55,329 bases of DNA from a virus (IMGVR_UViG_3300005077_000053:1-55329), one strand, 5' to 3'. Shown: positions 39,418-50,216, counted from the first letter of the stretch. Translations and numbers: made by a program. The notes: generated by a model not told the origin, from the sequence alone.

Positions 39418-39851
39418 ATCAACACTCCTTTAAGTATCCAATACATTAATACTAAATGTAAAGTATTATCAACTACAATACGAATTATCCAACCAACCAT
39501 GCATTTTTGAATCATTACTCCAGGACTAGTAATTTTACTTAACCCCATTTTTCTAGCAAATTCTTCAGGTGTATCTATTTTATTAAAAAATTTAACCCAT
39601 CTATCAACTATATGTAACCTATCAAATACCCAATGTGATAAAAATATTCCAATCATACCTAATATAGTAATTATAGATAACGGAAAAAATATACCATATA
39701 AACATAATATTACTATAATAGTATATATTAAACAATGAATAAAACATGGTAAATTTTGTTCTTTTTTATTACTTACCATCCAATGATTTTGGAAAAAATA
39801 ATCGCCTAATAAATGCCCAAATAATAAACATAAAACAATTTCTAATGTCAT
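39408..39851 (-). CDS. DUF3307-like membrane protein
   Basis: GHLLGDYFFQ..WM..K, H..IY, SHWVFD, DNTLH. Confidence 0.8.
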   Translation of the reverse strand: MTLEIVLCLLFGHLLGDYFFQNHWMVSNKKEQNLPCFIHCLIYTIIVILCLYGIFFPLSIITILGMIGIFLSHWVFDRLHIVDRWVKFFNKIDTPEEFARKMGLSKITSPGVMIQKCMVGWIIRIVVDNTLHLVLMYWILKGVLIWK

Positions 39852-39856
39852 TTTTA

Positions 39857-40753
39857 TTATCCTTTTGTTAAAGTTGGGATTGCTTTAGTATTAGGAATAG
39901 ACCTTTTTAATTCTTCTAAAGCATTTAATGCATTATTTAAATCATTAGATTTTCTTTTTGATTTGAAATACCAAATTTTAGAATTTTTATGTTTTTCTTT
40001 ATTGCCATCTACATACCCTAAATTTGTTTTTTCACGCCAAAATGTACATTTACCTTCTGTTATAAAATCATAAAACGCTTTATATATAGCATATTGTCCA
40101 TATTTAATATTATCTCTTTGTTTAATTGGTGTATTATTAATAATATCACACCAATATTGTACAAAAGCTTTCCCGGCTTCTGTATTGTTAATAGATGTAA
40201 AACAAATTGTTATTCTAGAATCAAATTTACCTATTTTTGTATTAGGAGAAGCAATATTTTGACCTTTAAAATTAAGTCTAAATGGTCTAATTCTATCTAC
40301 TATTCCTACATCAGCAGTAATTGCCCATTCAAAAATTTTAGATATATCTCCTCTAAAAAACCAATCAACATCTGTTTGAATCCAATATGGTTCATTCGGA
40401 TATATTTTAATTGTTTCATTAAATAAATTCATTCTATCATCATCTGCAGATAAATTCATATATAAACGATGACCTTTACCATCATTTTTATCATTAGCAC
40501 AGATTTTAAATGAATGTTTAACTTCTTCATAAGTTAAATTATGTTTCTTTGCTAATTTAACTAAATTAAATTCTCTATTATTAATTGTTAATTGAGGATA
40601 AATCTTAAATAATTCATCTAATTGTCCTTGTTTTAATCCTCTTGAATTTAAATGGATTTTTTCATTTGTTCCATTTGTTAATTTAAACGATTCTAAATAT
40701 ATTTTAATCCAAGGAAAATAATTAAATGTTGAATATATAACTAACATACCCAT
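39857..40753 (-). CDS. Nucleotide-diphospho-sugar transferase (GT-A, DxD)
   Basis: IQTDVDWFFRGDI, FVQYW, GQYAIY, IWYFK. Confidence 0.6.
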   Translation of the reverse strand: MGMLVIYSTFNYFPWIKIYLESFKLTNGTNEKIHLNSRGLKQGQLDELFKIYPQLTINNREFNLVKLAKKHNLTYEEVKHSFKICANDKNDGKGHRLYMNLSADDDRMNLFNETIKIYPNEPYWIQTDVDWFFRGDISKIFEWAITADVGIVDRIRPFRLNFKGQNIASPNTKIGKFDSRITICFTSINNTEAGKAFVQYWCDIINNTPIKQRDNIKYGQYAIYKAFYDFITEGKCTFWREKTNLGYVDGNKEKHKNSKIWYFKSKRKSNDLNNALNALEELKRSIPNTKAIPTLTKG

Positions 40754-41379
40754 TCTCCTAATAATGATTCAAATTCTTTTAATTCATTTTTATTACATAT
40801 TTCTTTATATTTATTTAAGTCTTTACCTATAGAATGTGTATCTAATGGAAGGGCTTTATAATTTTCTTTATCAATATTAAATGCTTCTTTAGGTACAAAA
40901 TTAGGATATTCTGAAAAATTATATTTTTTAATTAAATTAAACCCACGAGAATTAATTACATTTAATATTTCATTTTGAACAATATTTGGTTCATTAATTA
41001 ATCTATTATATTCTACATTATAAGTAATATATCTTCTATATTTTTTCATTTGAATAATTGAATTAATATATCTTTGTGGGGTTACTTTACCATCTAAAAT
41101 AACATCCCTACCATCTCTATATATATTAATAATTAAAATTCCTCTAGAATATATTTCAGTTAAATCTTTTAATATTTCTTCTTCTGATTTAATATTTGAA
41201 AATATAGAATTATATGTTCTTTTAGCTACAAGATTTTCAAATGAATTACTTAATCTTATAAATCGTTTTAATGAAATTTCATTATTAATAATATGTAAAT
41301 CTTTAAATGAATAAAATAATCTATTAAGTAAAGTTGTTCCAGATCGAGCACATCCAGTAATAAAAATTTTTATTCCCAT
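40741..41379 (-). CDS. Sulfotransferase
   Basis: 5'-PSB loop IFITGCARSGTTLL, 3'-PB motif IYRDGRDV, VEYNRL..P. Confidence 0.85.
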   Translation of the reverse strand: MGIKIFITGCARSGTTLLNRLFYSFKDLHIINNEISLKRFIRLSNSFENLVAKRTYNSIFSNIKSEEEILKDLTEIYSRGILIINIYRDGRDVILDGKVTPQRYINSIIQMKKYRRYITYNVEYNRLINEPNIVQNEILNVINSRGFNLIKKYNFSEYPNFVPKEAFNIDKENYKALPLDTHSIGKDLNKYKEICNKNELKEFESLLGEWVC

Positions 41380-42299
41380 TTACGTATTAATTCTCTCCCA
41401 TTATATAAATTTTGAAGATTATCATATAACTCTTTTATTCTTATTTCATCAGTATGATAATTTAAATAATCATTATGACAATTAATAGCTAATTGTAATA
41501 ATTTATCTTTATCTTTCAATATATTAAATAATTCAGAAAAGTCATTTTCTTTATATTCAATATAAGATAATGAAGGTAAAAATTTATTAATTAAATGAAA
41601 TTTTGGAGTTAAAGGAATTGCTCCTGATGCTATAATTTCAAATAATTTACCATATGGACTATCTAATTCAGCACTATTTAAAATTATTTTAAATTTCTTT
41701 AAGATTCCTGGATATTTTAAAGGATCTACTTTACCTTTATTAACTAAAATATTTTTACTTTCTAAATATTCAATTGCTTTAATTCTTTGATCATATATAG
41801 TAGATAATGATCCGACAAATAAAACATTAGGATTACGTCTATCAAATTTATTAAAATCAAAATTACTAAATTCTTTTTGTGAAGCAGAAAAAGGTAAACA
41901 CACATGTTTTATATTTTGACCATCTAAAAATCTTAAATAAGAATTAAAATTTTCAGATATAACCATTCTATGAAATACTAAATCAAATTTATTAGATGTA
42001 TAAAATTCTGGATTATTTTTTAATACTTTATAATAATCCACAGCAATATTAACCTTAAGAATATTTTTAATATCCTTAAGGTAATTATTAAGTTCTATAG
42101 AATGAGCATGGGTTATTAATATATCTGGATTAGTTTTCTTAATTACTTTATTTATAGATTGTATAATTCCTTTTTTCTTTATATATACTTGTTCTATAAA
42201 TAAATTAATGTCTTCAAAATTATTTAATTTTTTTAAAAATCCTAAATGTAATCGATAACTTATTGGTGTTTTATCATGCGTTAATATAGTTATACGCAT
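41370..42299 (-). CDS. GT-B glycosyltransferase (CgeB/GT4-like)
   Basis: LPFSA, VLFVGS....YDQR, KLFEIIASGA, H..E.R. Confidence 0.75.
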   Translation of the reverse strand: MRITILTHDKTPISYRLHLGFLKKLNNFEDINLFIEQVYIKKKGIIQSINKVIKKTNPDILITHAHSIELNNYLKDIKNILKVNIAVDYYKVLKNNPEFYTSNKFDLVFHRMVISENFNSYLRFLDGQNIKHVCLPFSASQKEFSNFDFNKFDRRNPNVLFVGSLSTIYDQRIKAIEYLESKNILVNKGKVDPLKYPGILKKFKIILNSAELDSPYGKLFEIIASGAIPLTPKFHLINKFLPSLSYIEYKENDFSELFNILKDKDKLLQLAINCHNDYLNYHTDEIRIKELYDNLQNLYNGRELIRKWE

Positions 42300-42400
42300 A
42301 ATTTATATAAAATATATCCACATAAAAATATAATTAAGCCATAAAAACCAATATAAAATAATTTATATTTAAGTTTTAAATCAGAAAAATATTTTATCAT

Positions 42401-43150
42401 TTATTCCTCCAACCAATTAACTGATTTTTTTTGTTTAAAGAATTTTATTACCTCTGATTTATTTGTAATATAATCCCAAATTTCTAATTTATTTTTTTTC
42501 GATATATTTGATCTCATTTCATATTTTTCAACGTTTAAGAAATTACATAATAATTCATTTGTTTCTTCATTTAAATATGTAATTTGGTCAGAAGTTAAAT
42601 TAAATGCAAAATGTTTTTCTACATTATTTAATTCTCCTTCTGTTCTTCCGAATAATTGTTTCATCTCTATTTCAATATAATTATTATACTTTTTTAATAT
42701 TTTTTTGTAATTATCTACTCTTTTTTTAGATTCTTTTATTTCATTATATAAATGTTCAGGGTTAATTTCTCTAGGAGTAGGATCTAATTCATTAGCTGTC
42801 CACCTTGAAAATACACGTTTTAATTGGTTTTTTCTAATTAAATGTATAATAGAAATATTTAAATCTTTTAATATATTAATAATATTTCCATATTTTTTAT
42901 CTTGGTTATACATTAATCTAAAACAAACGGTTTTTTCTTGATTTAATCCATATATCCATTCTAAATATTGTCTAATGGAAAAACTTCGTTTTTCCTGCAT
43001 AGTTTTATATAATTGAACTCCCGCCCGTTTTTTCGCTCGACCACTATACATAAACATTTCATCTAAACATAATATATCTGGGTGAGAATCTAATGCGTGT
43101 TGTAAATATGTACTTGCAGTTCTTTTATCAGCTAAAATGACAGATTTCAT
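42401..43150 (-). CDS. Sulfotransferase (Stf0-like)
   Basis: KRTASTYLQHALDSHPDILCLDEMF, IIHLIRKNQL...S. Confidence 0.8.
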   Translation of the reverse strand: MKSVILADKRTASTYLQHALDSHPDILCLDEMFMYSGRAKKRAGVQLYKTMQEKRSFSIRQYLEWIYGLNQEKTVCFRLMYNQDKKYGNIINILKDLNISIIHLIRKNQLKRVFSRWTANELDPTPREINPEHLYNEIKESKKRVDNYKKILKKYNNYIEIEMKQLFGRTEGELNNVEKHFAFNLTSDQITYLNEETNELLCNFLNVEKYEMRSNISKKNKLEIWDYITNKSEVIKFFKQKKSVNWLEE

Positions 43151-43153
43151 ATA

Positions 43154-45346
43154 TTATAACTCCAGTCCAATATGCTTCATAGCAGGATTTCGATATACTT
43201 CAGGATCACGATTAATTCCTAGAATTTGATCAAACATATATATATAATTTTTATACATTAAATCCCAGGTCCAAGTTTCTTCAATTGATTTTCTAACATT
43301 ATTACCCATTTCAATTAATTTATCTCTATTTTTTCTAAGGTATTTTATTTTTTCTACATAAGCATTTATTTCTTTTTCTACGATAAATCCATTATATCCG
43401 TCAATGATTAATTCTGGCATATTACCAATTTTATTAGATATAATAGGTCTTCCACAGGCGGCTGCTTCTAATGCTGGGTTCGGTGTTCCATCTTCTGAAC
43501 TTGCAACAATAAAAACTTCTAATGCTTGATATATCTCATACATTTTATCATGTGAAATTTTATCTTGATAATTATTTAAATGTAATAATTTATCTGCACC
43601 GGCTTTTTGTATTGCAGGAATAATATAATCTTGTTGACCTTTTCTAGGAGATAATTTTCCAACATGACCCACAATAATATTATCTCTTTTTTCTAAAATA
43701 GGTTTAACAGGTCTAAATAATTTATGATCCACACCATTAGGAACATAATAAACTAAATTATGATATTTTTTTACTATATTATATAATAAAACACTATTAG
43801 CATGAATAACGGCTGCTTTTTTCATCTGTGGTTCTAATAATGAATCTGGTCTATGAGCAGTTACTCCAGTTATTCTTTTATTAAATGGAATAGATGATAA
43901 TTTGTCTATAAATGAATGACCATATGTAAAATATAAATCATATTTATTTCGATCTAAAGGTTGTCGATTATTACCATATAAACAAACTATATCAATTTTA
44001 TAATATTCTTCTAAATATTTTTTTAAATATTTAGATTTTAACCACCACGCCCAACCTTCAACATCACAAACAAAAACAATTTTAGGTTTTTTATTCATTA
44101 AATTTGGTTTTGGTAATTCTGTAATATTATTATATTGAGGGACATCTTCTATACTTTTACCCCTTTTAGAAGGTGGGGTTATTTTAGGAAAACGTTGTCT
44201 TAATTGTTTTGATTTTTTTTCATTATTTTTATCGATACCACTTATTACATATGTAGTATTTCTACCTTTTGAAATAATACTATTGATCATATAAATCTCT
44301 TTATCTGCTTTTAATGCAATACTTTTTATTAATGTAGGAATATCCCCAGCTATATCAGCAGATTTTCCATCTAATATTTTTTTAGAAAAACATACAGAGG
44401 TATATCCGTTTATTTTACTAGTATTTACTTGTGTTAATAAATTATTATAATTTACATATTGAATTTGATTAGAATTAGCATTATCTATTAATATTTTATT
44501 TTCATCATAATATTGTTTAAATACATTGATTATATTATATCTATAAGTTTTATCTAATGAATTTAATATTATAATACAATCATTAGAAGAACTCTTAATA
44601 GTATTAAAAAATACACTTGCAATTCTACTTGATGTCGGTTCTAATTTAATAATTTTATCTTGTCTGGATTTTACTCTTAAATTTAAAAATTTGTCAAAAT
44701 TAGAATGTGATTTTGTTGGAATTATAATCGTAGCATTTTTATCTAATTCTGAAACAATATTAACAAATTTATCATCTTTTATTATCATTTTAGAAGATCT
44801 AATATGTTTTAAAGAAAAATATTGTAAAATTGCATTATCATTAATAATAGATTTACAATTTAATTCTTTTAATTTATTAATAAAATCTTTAAAATGTATA
44901 TATGTTTTATTATCATATTTTTCATTAAACAATCTTGCTTCTAATGCTTTTTCTAAATTAAATTGTATATTAATAGGAATATTAACACTTTCCCCATCAT
45001 ATATTGAATTACATTCTTGAATTATATCTGGTGAAATTTTTTGTCTTATTTTTTCTATTATATTACTATTAGGTAATGAAAATGGATCAATAATTAACAC
45101 ATTATTATTAATAGTAAAATGTAATAACGATAAATTTAAAATTTTTGATTCTGAACATTCATGCTCAAAATATATAACTTTAGACATATCTGGAAAAAAA
45201 TCTTTATCTAAAGTACTTTTATTCATTCCATAATTAGCAATAATTAATTGATCTGTATCTGTTAATTGATTAGCAATTATAGTAAAAAGTTTTGCAAATG
45301 AATTAGGAACAGATGAAACTGGTATAATTACCGTTAAATTATTCAA
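43154..45346 (-). CDS. Multidomain glycosyltransferase: degenerate GT2-like domain(s) fused to a GT4 domain
   Basis: N-terminal LTVIIP and ATIIIPT. C-terminal VPNGVD...F.P, DGTPNPALEAAACGRPII, ELIIDGYNGF. Confidence 0.85.
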   Translation of the reverse strand: MNNLTVIIPVSSVPNSFAKLFTIIANQLTDTDQLIIANYGMNKSTLDKDFFPDMSKVIYFEHECSESKILNLSLLHFTINNNVLIIDPFSLPNSNIIEKIRQKISPDIIQECNSIYDGESVNIPINIQFNLEKALEARLFNEKYDNKTYIHFKDFINKLKELNCKSIINDNAILQYFSLKHIRSSKMIIKDDKFVNIVSELDKNATIIIPTKSHSNFDKFLNLRVKSRQDKIIKLEPTSSRIASVFFNTIKSSSNDCIIILNSLDKTYRYNIINVFKQYYDENKILIDNANSNQIQYVNYNNLLTQVNTSKINGYTSVCFSKKILDGKSADIAGDIPTLIKSIALKADKEIYMINSIISKGRNTTYVISGIDKNNEKKSKQLRQRFPKITPPSKRGKSIEDVPQYNNITELPKPNLMNKKPKIVFVCDVEGWAWWLKSKYLKKYLEEYYKIDIVCLYGNNRQPLDRNKYDLYFTYGHSFIDKLSSIPFNKRITGVTAHRPDSLLEPQMKKAAVIHANSVLLYNIVKKYHNLVYYVPNGVDHKLFRPVKPILEKRDNIIVGHVGKLSPRKGQQDYIIPAIQKAGADKLLHLNNYQDKISHDKMYEIYQALEVFIVASSEDGTPNPALEAAACGRPIISNKIGNMPELIIDGYNGFIVEKEINAYVEKIKYLRKNRDKLIEMGNNVRKSIEETWTWDLMYKNYIYMFDQILGINRDPEVYRNPAMKHIGLEL

Positions 45347-45347
45347 A

Positions 45348-46301
45348 TTAAAACTCCTTTAAAAATGCTTTTACAGTATCTTGTTTTTCTAATATTAAAT
45401 TAATAGTATTTTCCATTCTTATTACACTAGAATGATATTTTTGCATAAAATTAAATATATTTTTTCGCATTTCAATATTATCTTTATTTATATTTTCTTG
45501 TATTAATGATACAACTTTAGGAATATTATTATATGAATCAAATCCTATATATAAATTTCTAGGTATTAAATCATCCATATCTTTAAATCTTCTACCTACT
45601 AATAATGATCCTACTCCACCATATTGCCAAAATCTACAATCTGTATAATGTTTTATATCATATCCAGTACACGCCGCAATAATACATGGTGAAGATCTAC
45701 CAATACTTGCAAAATTTTGTTTAGTATCACCAGCTTTTCTTTGTTTTATATATATAGGAATATGTGCACCTAATTGATTCAAAAAATTAGATCTATCCTC
45801 ATGAGCAGTAGGATTTCCAGTAAACACCGGCTTACCAAAATCAAACTTCTTATCATATTCAGGCATCTTATCAAATGTTAATGAACAATAAGGAAAAAAA
45901 TGTACCGGAATATTCCAATATTTAGTAAATTTTTTAATATTATGTGTTTGTCCAATTAATGCCATATCAAATGCATAACTTATATCATTAAAATATCTAG
46001 GTTCATGTCTAGCATCTTGCATAGAATGTATTATTTTTGTTCCTACATATTCTCTTAAATTTTCAAATATGCCCATAATTGTCATCGTATCATGCCAATT
46101 ATGAAATGTTAAATGTGTAAATAATATATCAGGTTCAAATCTAAATAAATTTTTTTCTATACTTTGAATAGTATTTTCTTTATATTTTAATGCTAATACA
46201 TTATGACCTAATAATTCTAATCCTTGCCAAGTCGTTTTACAAAACCAAGAATATGTTTTTTGCCAAGTATTTTCAACATTACCTAAAATACAAATTTTCA
46301 T
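45348..46301 (-). CDS. GT-B glycosyltransferase (CgeB-like)
   Basis: GLELLGHNV, EPDILF, VFTG, RFWQYGGVG, H....R. Confidence 0.65.
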   Translation of the reverse strand: MKICILGNVENTWQKTYSWFCKTTWQGLELLGHNVLALKYKENTIQSIEKNLFRFEPDILFTHLTFHNWHDTMTIMGIFENLREYVGTKIIHSMQDARHEPRYFNDISYAFDMALIGQTHNIKKFTKYWNIPVHFFPYCSLTFDKMPEYDKKFDFGKPVFTGNPTAHEDRSNFLNQLGAHIPIYIKQRKAGDTKQNFASIGRSSPCIIAACTGYDIKHYTDCRFWQYGGVGSLLVGRRFKDMDDLIPRNLYIGFDSYNNIPKVVSLIQENINKDNIEMRKNIFNFMQKYHSSVIRMENTINLILEKQDTVKAFLKEF

Positions 46302-47139
46302 GTTTTATTTCCTTATAATATTCATTTAAAATACAATTTATAATCTCTATATCAACAGATGTTAATTTAGAAAATTTTGGTGAATTTGATATTCCATGAA
46401 AGGTTTTATTAGTTGTTATTGATGGATGAAATATATGCTGTGGATATATATGTTCATCAATATTTAAATAATCAAATATTTCTCTAACATATAAATACGG
46501 ATCTGAATATAAATCTTCATACTTTAAAAATTTAATATTAGTATATCTAGATTTTATATATTTTATATATTGAGTAGTTAAACCCCACATATGAGTTAAT
46601 CTTTCTATCTGACCATACCTATTCAATGGATACTGAAATTTTATATTTGTATTTCTAGAATTTTTAAAAAATATATTAAATGTTTCTTCTTTACCAAACT
46701 CATAAAAATTTCTAGATAAAATACTTGATATTACATCATATGGATTACGTTCTATATATATAATTTTCTTAAATATGGTAGACATATTATGTAATTGAAA
46801 ATTTAATCTTATAGATTTTATACCGATAATTTCTGAATTATCCCAAATTTTATTTAAAAATCCTTCAGTTAATTTATTATGAGCTATATCATGGTGTAAT
46901 GCATTTCTTAATAACCATGGTGATCTAATATTTTTATATAAAATATTATCTAAATATTCATATAATTGAACATATTCTTTTCCTAAAATTAAACTATTAT
47001 ATGCATATTTTTTAGAATACGTTTCATTTACTGAAGGGTGGAATGGTTCGAATAATATTAATTGATTTAGAGTTCTTGCTATAATATCTGATAACCAAGT
47101 TGTTCCAGATCTACCAAATCCTGCAATTAGAATATACAA
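46279..47139 (-). CDS. Sulfotransferase
   Basis: ILIAGFGRSGTTWL, FEPF, IERNPYDVISS, LKYEDL..DP. Confidence 0.88.
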   Translation of the reverse strand: MYILIAGFGRSGTTWLSDIIARTLNQLILFEPFHPSVNETYSKKYAYNSLILGKEYVQLYEYLDNILYKNIRSPWLLRNALHHDIAHNKLTEGFLNKIWDNSEIIGIKSIRLNFQLHNMSTIFKKIIYIERNPYDVISSILSRNFYEFGKEETFNIFFKNSRNTNIKFQYPLNRYGQIERLTHMWGLTTQYIKYIKSRYTNIKFLKYEDLYSDPYLYVREIFDYLNIDEHIYPQHIFHPSITTNKTFHGISNSPKFSKLTSVDIEIINCILNEYYKEIKHENLYFR

Positions 47140-47158
47140 ATTAATTTCACCATCCTTT

Positions 47159-47428
47159 TTATTTATTTGGTAATCCGTTTACACCTTTATCCCAATCTAT
47201 ATCTTTTCTATTATATTGGGAGGTTTCATATCCTTCTGCACCCCAACTACAAACATCTGTTTTATTATTATATACTAATTTAAAATATCCACCTGTAGTT
47301 AATTTTTTAATATTTTTAGATTGACATTTTGGGCATTTTGTCCCAATAATTGTTTGCCCATTATTAGCAAACTCAATTTCTTCCCATTCATGTTCACATT
47401 TTTCACATTTATAATCAAAAATAGGCAT
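47159..47428 (-). CDS. FmdB-family Zn-ribbon protein
   Basis: MPIFDYKCEKC.HEWE...CPKC.S..IKKL. Confidence 0.85.
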   Translation of the reverse strand: MPIFDYKCEKCEHEWEEIEFANNGQTIIGTKCPKCQSKNIKKLTTGGYFKLVYNNKTDVCSWGAEGYETSQYNRKDIDWDKGVNGLPNK

Positions 47429-47441
47429 CTTTATCTCCTCA

Positions 47442-48269
47442 TTACAAAATATACTTTTTCAAAAAATATTCTATTGTTTTTACTAATCCTTCAATAGGAC
47501 TTTTTCTTTCAAAAAATATACTCATACATTTTTTATTATCAAAATTATAAATACCGTCTTCTTTAAATTGTCCTGGAACTTTACCCCAGGTAAAAGTTGG
47601 TTTATTATATATATTAGAAATAAAACTCCAATGTGAATTTGGTGTTATTACTGCTTTAGAATTTTTAATACTTCCTAATATATCAGAATATACATTTTGA
47701 AAATACATAGAATCTTTTAATATTAAATTTTCTTCTTTAAGATGACATTTCATATCCCCAATTACAATTACATCATCAGAAAATTCTTTAAGTTTTTTTA
47801 AAATTTTATAAGCATTTTCCTCCTTCATTTTTTTATGAGGAATAAATACTATTTTATTATTATATTCTTTTTTTTCTGTATATGGCAAAGGTTCATATAT
47901 TTTCTTATATATAGGAATTTGAAATTGACTTTTAATATATATTACATTATAATAAGTAAGATCCTTTAATTTACAATTTAATTTTGAACATATATGAGAT
48001 TTAAAATCTTTACATAATTTTTGAAAATCTTTTTGTTTTAACTCTTTATGAATATATCTAACTTGATGTAATTCATCTCTTAATAATGAATCAGGTACAT
48101 TATATATACTTTCATCAGATAACCAATCATATAAAAATCTTCTATTACTATAAATAGATAAATGTATATTTTTATGATTATTTACATATGTTAACCATTT
48201 AACATATGGTAAAAAATGAAATATCTCATATTCAAAATCCCCAACAAAAGGACCAATAACTAAGTTCAC
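47442..48269 (-). CDS. GT9 (heptosyltransferase)-like glycosyltransferase
   Basis: GDF......P, VIVIG, IKNSKAVITPNS...ISNIYNKPTFTWG. Confidence 0.5.
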   Translation of the reverse strand: MNLVIGPFVGDFEYEIFHFLPYVKWLTYVNNHKNIHLSIYSNRRFLYDWLSDESIYNVPDSLLRDELHQVRYIHKELKQKDFQKLCKDFKSHICSKLNCKLKDLTYYNVIYIKSQFQIPIYKKIYEPLPYTEKKEYNNKIVFIPHKKMKEENAYKILKKLKEFSDDVIVIGDMKCHLKEENLILKDSMYFQNVYSDILGSIKNSKAVITPNSHWSFISNIYNKPTFTWGKVPGQFKEDGIYNFDNKKCMSIFFERKSPIEGLVKTIEYFLKKYIL

Positions 48270-48271
48270 AA

Positions 48272-48724
48272 TTATCCTTCAATAATAACGTTGCCGTTCC
48301 ATTTCTCAAATATATATAAATTTTCATTAAATGTTTTAAAATCAACTAAAATAACTTCTAAATTATTCAAAGTATCTTCTAAACAATCATATAAAATAAA
48401 TTCTTTAACACTATTAGTAACTCTATTCATATTTAATAAAACTTTATTATTTTTTCTAAAAAATGAAATAATATTATTTAAATTATCTAAATTTTCTACA
48501 TAAAATTTCTTTTGTATATTTTTAAAAACTGAATTATAAAATTTTATATTATTATCTACAACAAAACGTTTTGTCATTGGAAAACAATCAAATACTTTAT
48601 TTATTTTTTCATATGTAGGATATTCAAAAGCTAATTTAATTAAATGTACTTTAGAATTTCTATACTTTAATTCTGATTGTTCATCAACAATCAAATAATC
48701 TTGTCCAATTTTAGTAATCTTCAT
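48272..48724 (-). CDS. Hypothetical protein
   Basis: 150-aa ORF in operon after primase. Confidence 0.6.
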   Translation of the reverse strand: MKITKIGQDYLIVDEQSELKYRNSKVHLIKLAFEYPTYEKINKVFDCFPMTKRFVVDNNIKFYNSVFKNIQKKFYVENLDNLNNIISFFRKNNKVLLNMNRVTNSVKEFILYDCLEDTLNNLEVILVDFKTFNENLYIFEKWNGNVIIEG

Positions 48725-48733
48725 TTTAACAAT

Positions 48734-49717
48734 TTATCCTCCTAATTTCATCTTAACTATAACTTGTAATTTATTAAACGTATTATCTAACACATGTTCA
48801 TATATATTTATATCAGGCCAACTAGTTTTTATTTCATTTAAATCCTTTTTATTATATTTATATATAAAATATTTTACCACATCAGAATATTTAGACTCAT
48901 TAATAAACTTATTTAACATTTTTTTACCAGCATCATCATTATCCAATGCAATAATTATACCCTTTTCAGTATGTTTTAATAATTTTTCTATAAATTTGTC
49001 GTCAATATATGCTTGTAATAAACATGTTCCATTATTCCCAACAGATAATGCATCTAATAATCCTTCAGTAATAATAATATATTTAGAAGAATCAAATTTA
49101 TCTAAATTAAATATAATAATTTGTTTTTCTGTTGGGGGATTTAAATATTTAGGATTTAATCCTCTAGCCTGAAAATATACCATTTTTTCTTCTTGAAAAA
49201 TTGGTATAATAATCCTATTAGCATATTTACCACAATATGCATAATATAACTTCTGATTATCTGGAATTTGCCTAAATTTTCTAAAAGACTTTATAATCTT
49301 TTGATATTTCTTTTCTGAATATCCTTTATACTCTTTATCTTCTTCTATACATTCTTTTAATATATATGAATAATCTTTATATTCAATTATAGGTGTTTTT
49401 TTGTTTTTGATTAAAGGATTCAATTTTCGTTTTATAGAATCTGGATTATATTTATATAATGTTCGATACGCTTCAGAAGAATTTAATCCTGTATATTTAC
49501 AATAAAATTCTATAAATGAACCATGTTCACCACAACGAAAACAATGGTACCCTGGGGTACCATTGTTATAATCAATATGAAATCGTTTTACATTTTTTTT
49601 AGTTTGAGAATCTCCACATAAAGGGCATCTAAAATTCCAATGTGTTCCACTATTAGAAATATTCACATCTGGAAAATTAGATAATATAAAATCATTAATA
49701 ATATCTTGAGAAACCAC
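48734..49717 (-). CDS. gp61: DNA primase, T4 gp61-like
   Basis: FRCPLCGDS...CFRCG zinc domain, RIIIP, YFQAR, ITEGLLDAL, LDNDDAG, KDLNE. Confidence 0.92.
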   Translation of the reverse strand: MVSQDIINDFILSNFPDVNISNSGTHWNFRCPLCGDSQTKKNVKRFHIDYNNGTPGYHCFRCGEHGSFIEFYCKYTGLNSSEAYRTLYKYNPDSIKRKLNPLIKNKKTPIIEYKDYSYILKECIEEDKEYKGYSEKKYQKIIKSFRKFRQIPDNQKLYYAYCGKYANRIIIPIFQEEKMVYFQARGLNPKYLNPPTEKQIIIFNLDKFDSSKYIIITEGLLDALSVGNNGTCLLQAYIDDKFIEKLLKHTEKGIIIALDNDDAGKKMLNKFINESKYSDVVKYFIYKYNKKDLNEIKTSWPDINIYEHVLDNTFNKLQVIVKMKLGG

Positions 49718-49740
49718 ATTATCACATATTATTATCCTTT

Positions 49741-49911
49741 TTATTCAATATATTCTAAACAATCATAATCAAATGGAGAAAATAATTCTATATCTTCTAG
49801 TATATAATCTTTCCAATACCCATTTCTACACCAAACATTTCCTAATTTTATTCTACAATGCTCACAATTTTTGCATAATTTATTATTGTAATTGTTGTTC
49901 GATAATTGCAT
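49741..49911 (-). CDS. Small Cys-rich protein (56 aa, absent from the ORF track)
   Basis: MQLSNNNYNNKLCKNCEHCRIKLGNVWCRNGYWKDYILEDIELFSPFDYDCLEYIE*. Confidence 0.5.
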   Translation of the reverse strand: MQLSNNNYNNKLCKNCEHCRIKLGNVWCRNGYWKDYILEDIELFSPFDYDCLEYIE

Positions 49912-50149
49912 TTCCTATTTTTATTCGAAGCTTCTTTGGAAGCATTTTTACGAATTCCTCCTGTGTTAAATTCATTCCTTTCTCTGATAAAATATCATAA
50001 ACTAAACAAAAACATGTATATTTGTCTTTTGTACCTAAATCCCACTGTGCCGCCTTAAATAACTTATTAAAAACACGTTCTAAAATTAAATTAACTCCCA
50101 TATGAGAAATTTTGATTTTATCTGCAATCTGTCTATCTGTCATTATCAT
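49883..50149 (-). CDS. Small HTH protein (sigma region 4-like)
   Basis: MTDRQIADKIKISHMGVNLILERVFNKL. Confidence 0.55.
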   Translation of the reverse strand: MIMTDRQIADKIKISHMGVNLILERVFNKLFKAAQWDLGTKDKYTCFCLVYDILSEKGMNLTQEEFVKMLPKKLRIKIGNAIIEQQLQ

Positions 50150-50216
50150 AAACTATTTCCTTTCATTTATTAATAATTAATTATATACTAAAAATTAAAA
50201 AAAATAAATAGTTAAT

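Noticed and set aside
37220-48269. GT island as chimeric host contamination
   Set aside because: Composition looks like the flanks, gene coupling is continuous with primase, and phage-type genes (HNH, FmdB, peptidase) are interspersed. Read-level confirmation is still advisable.
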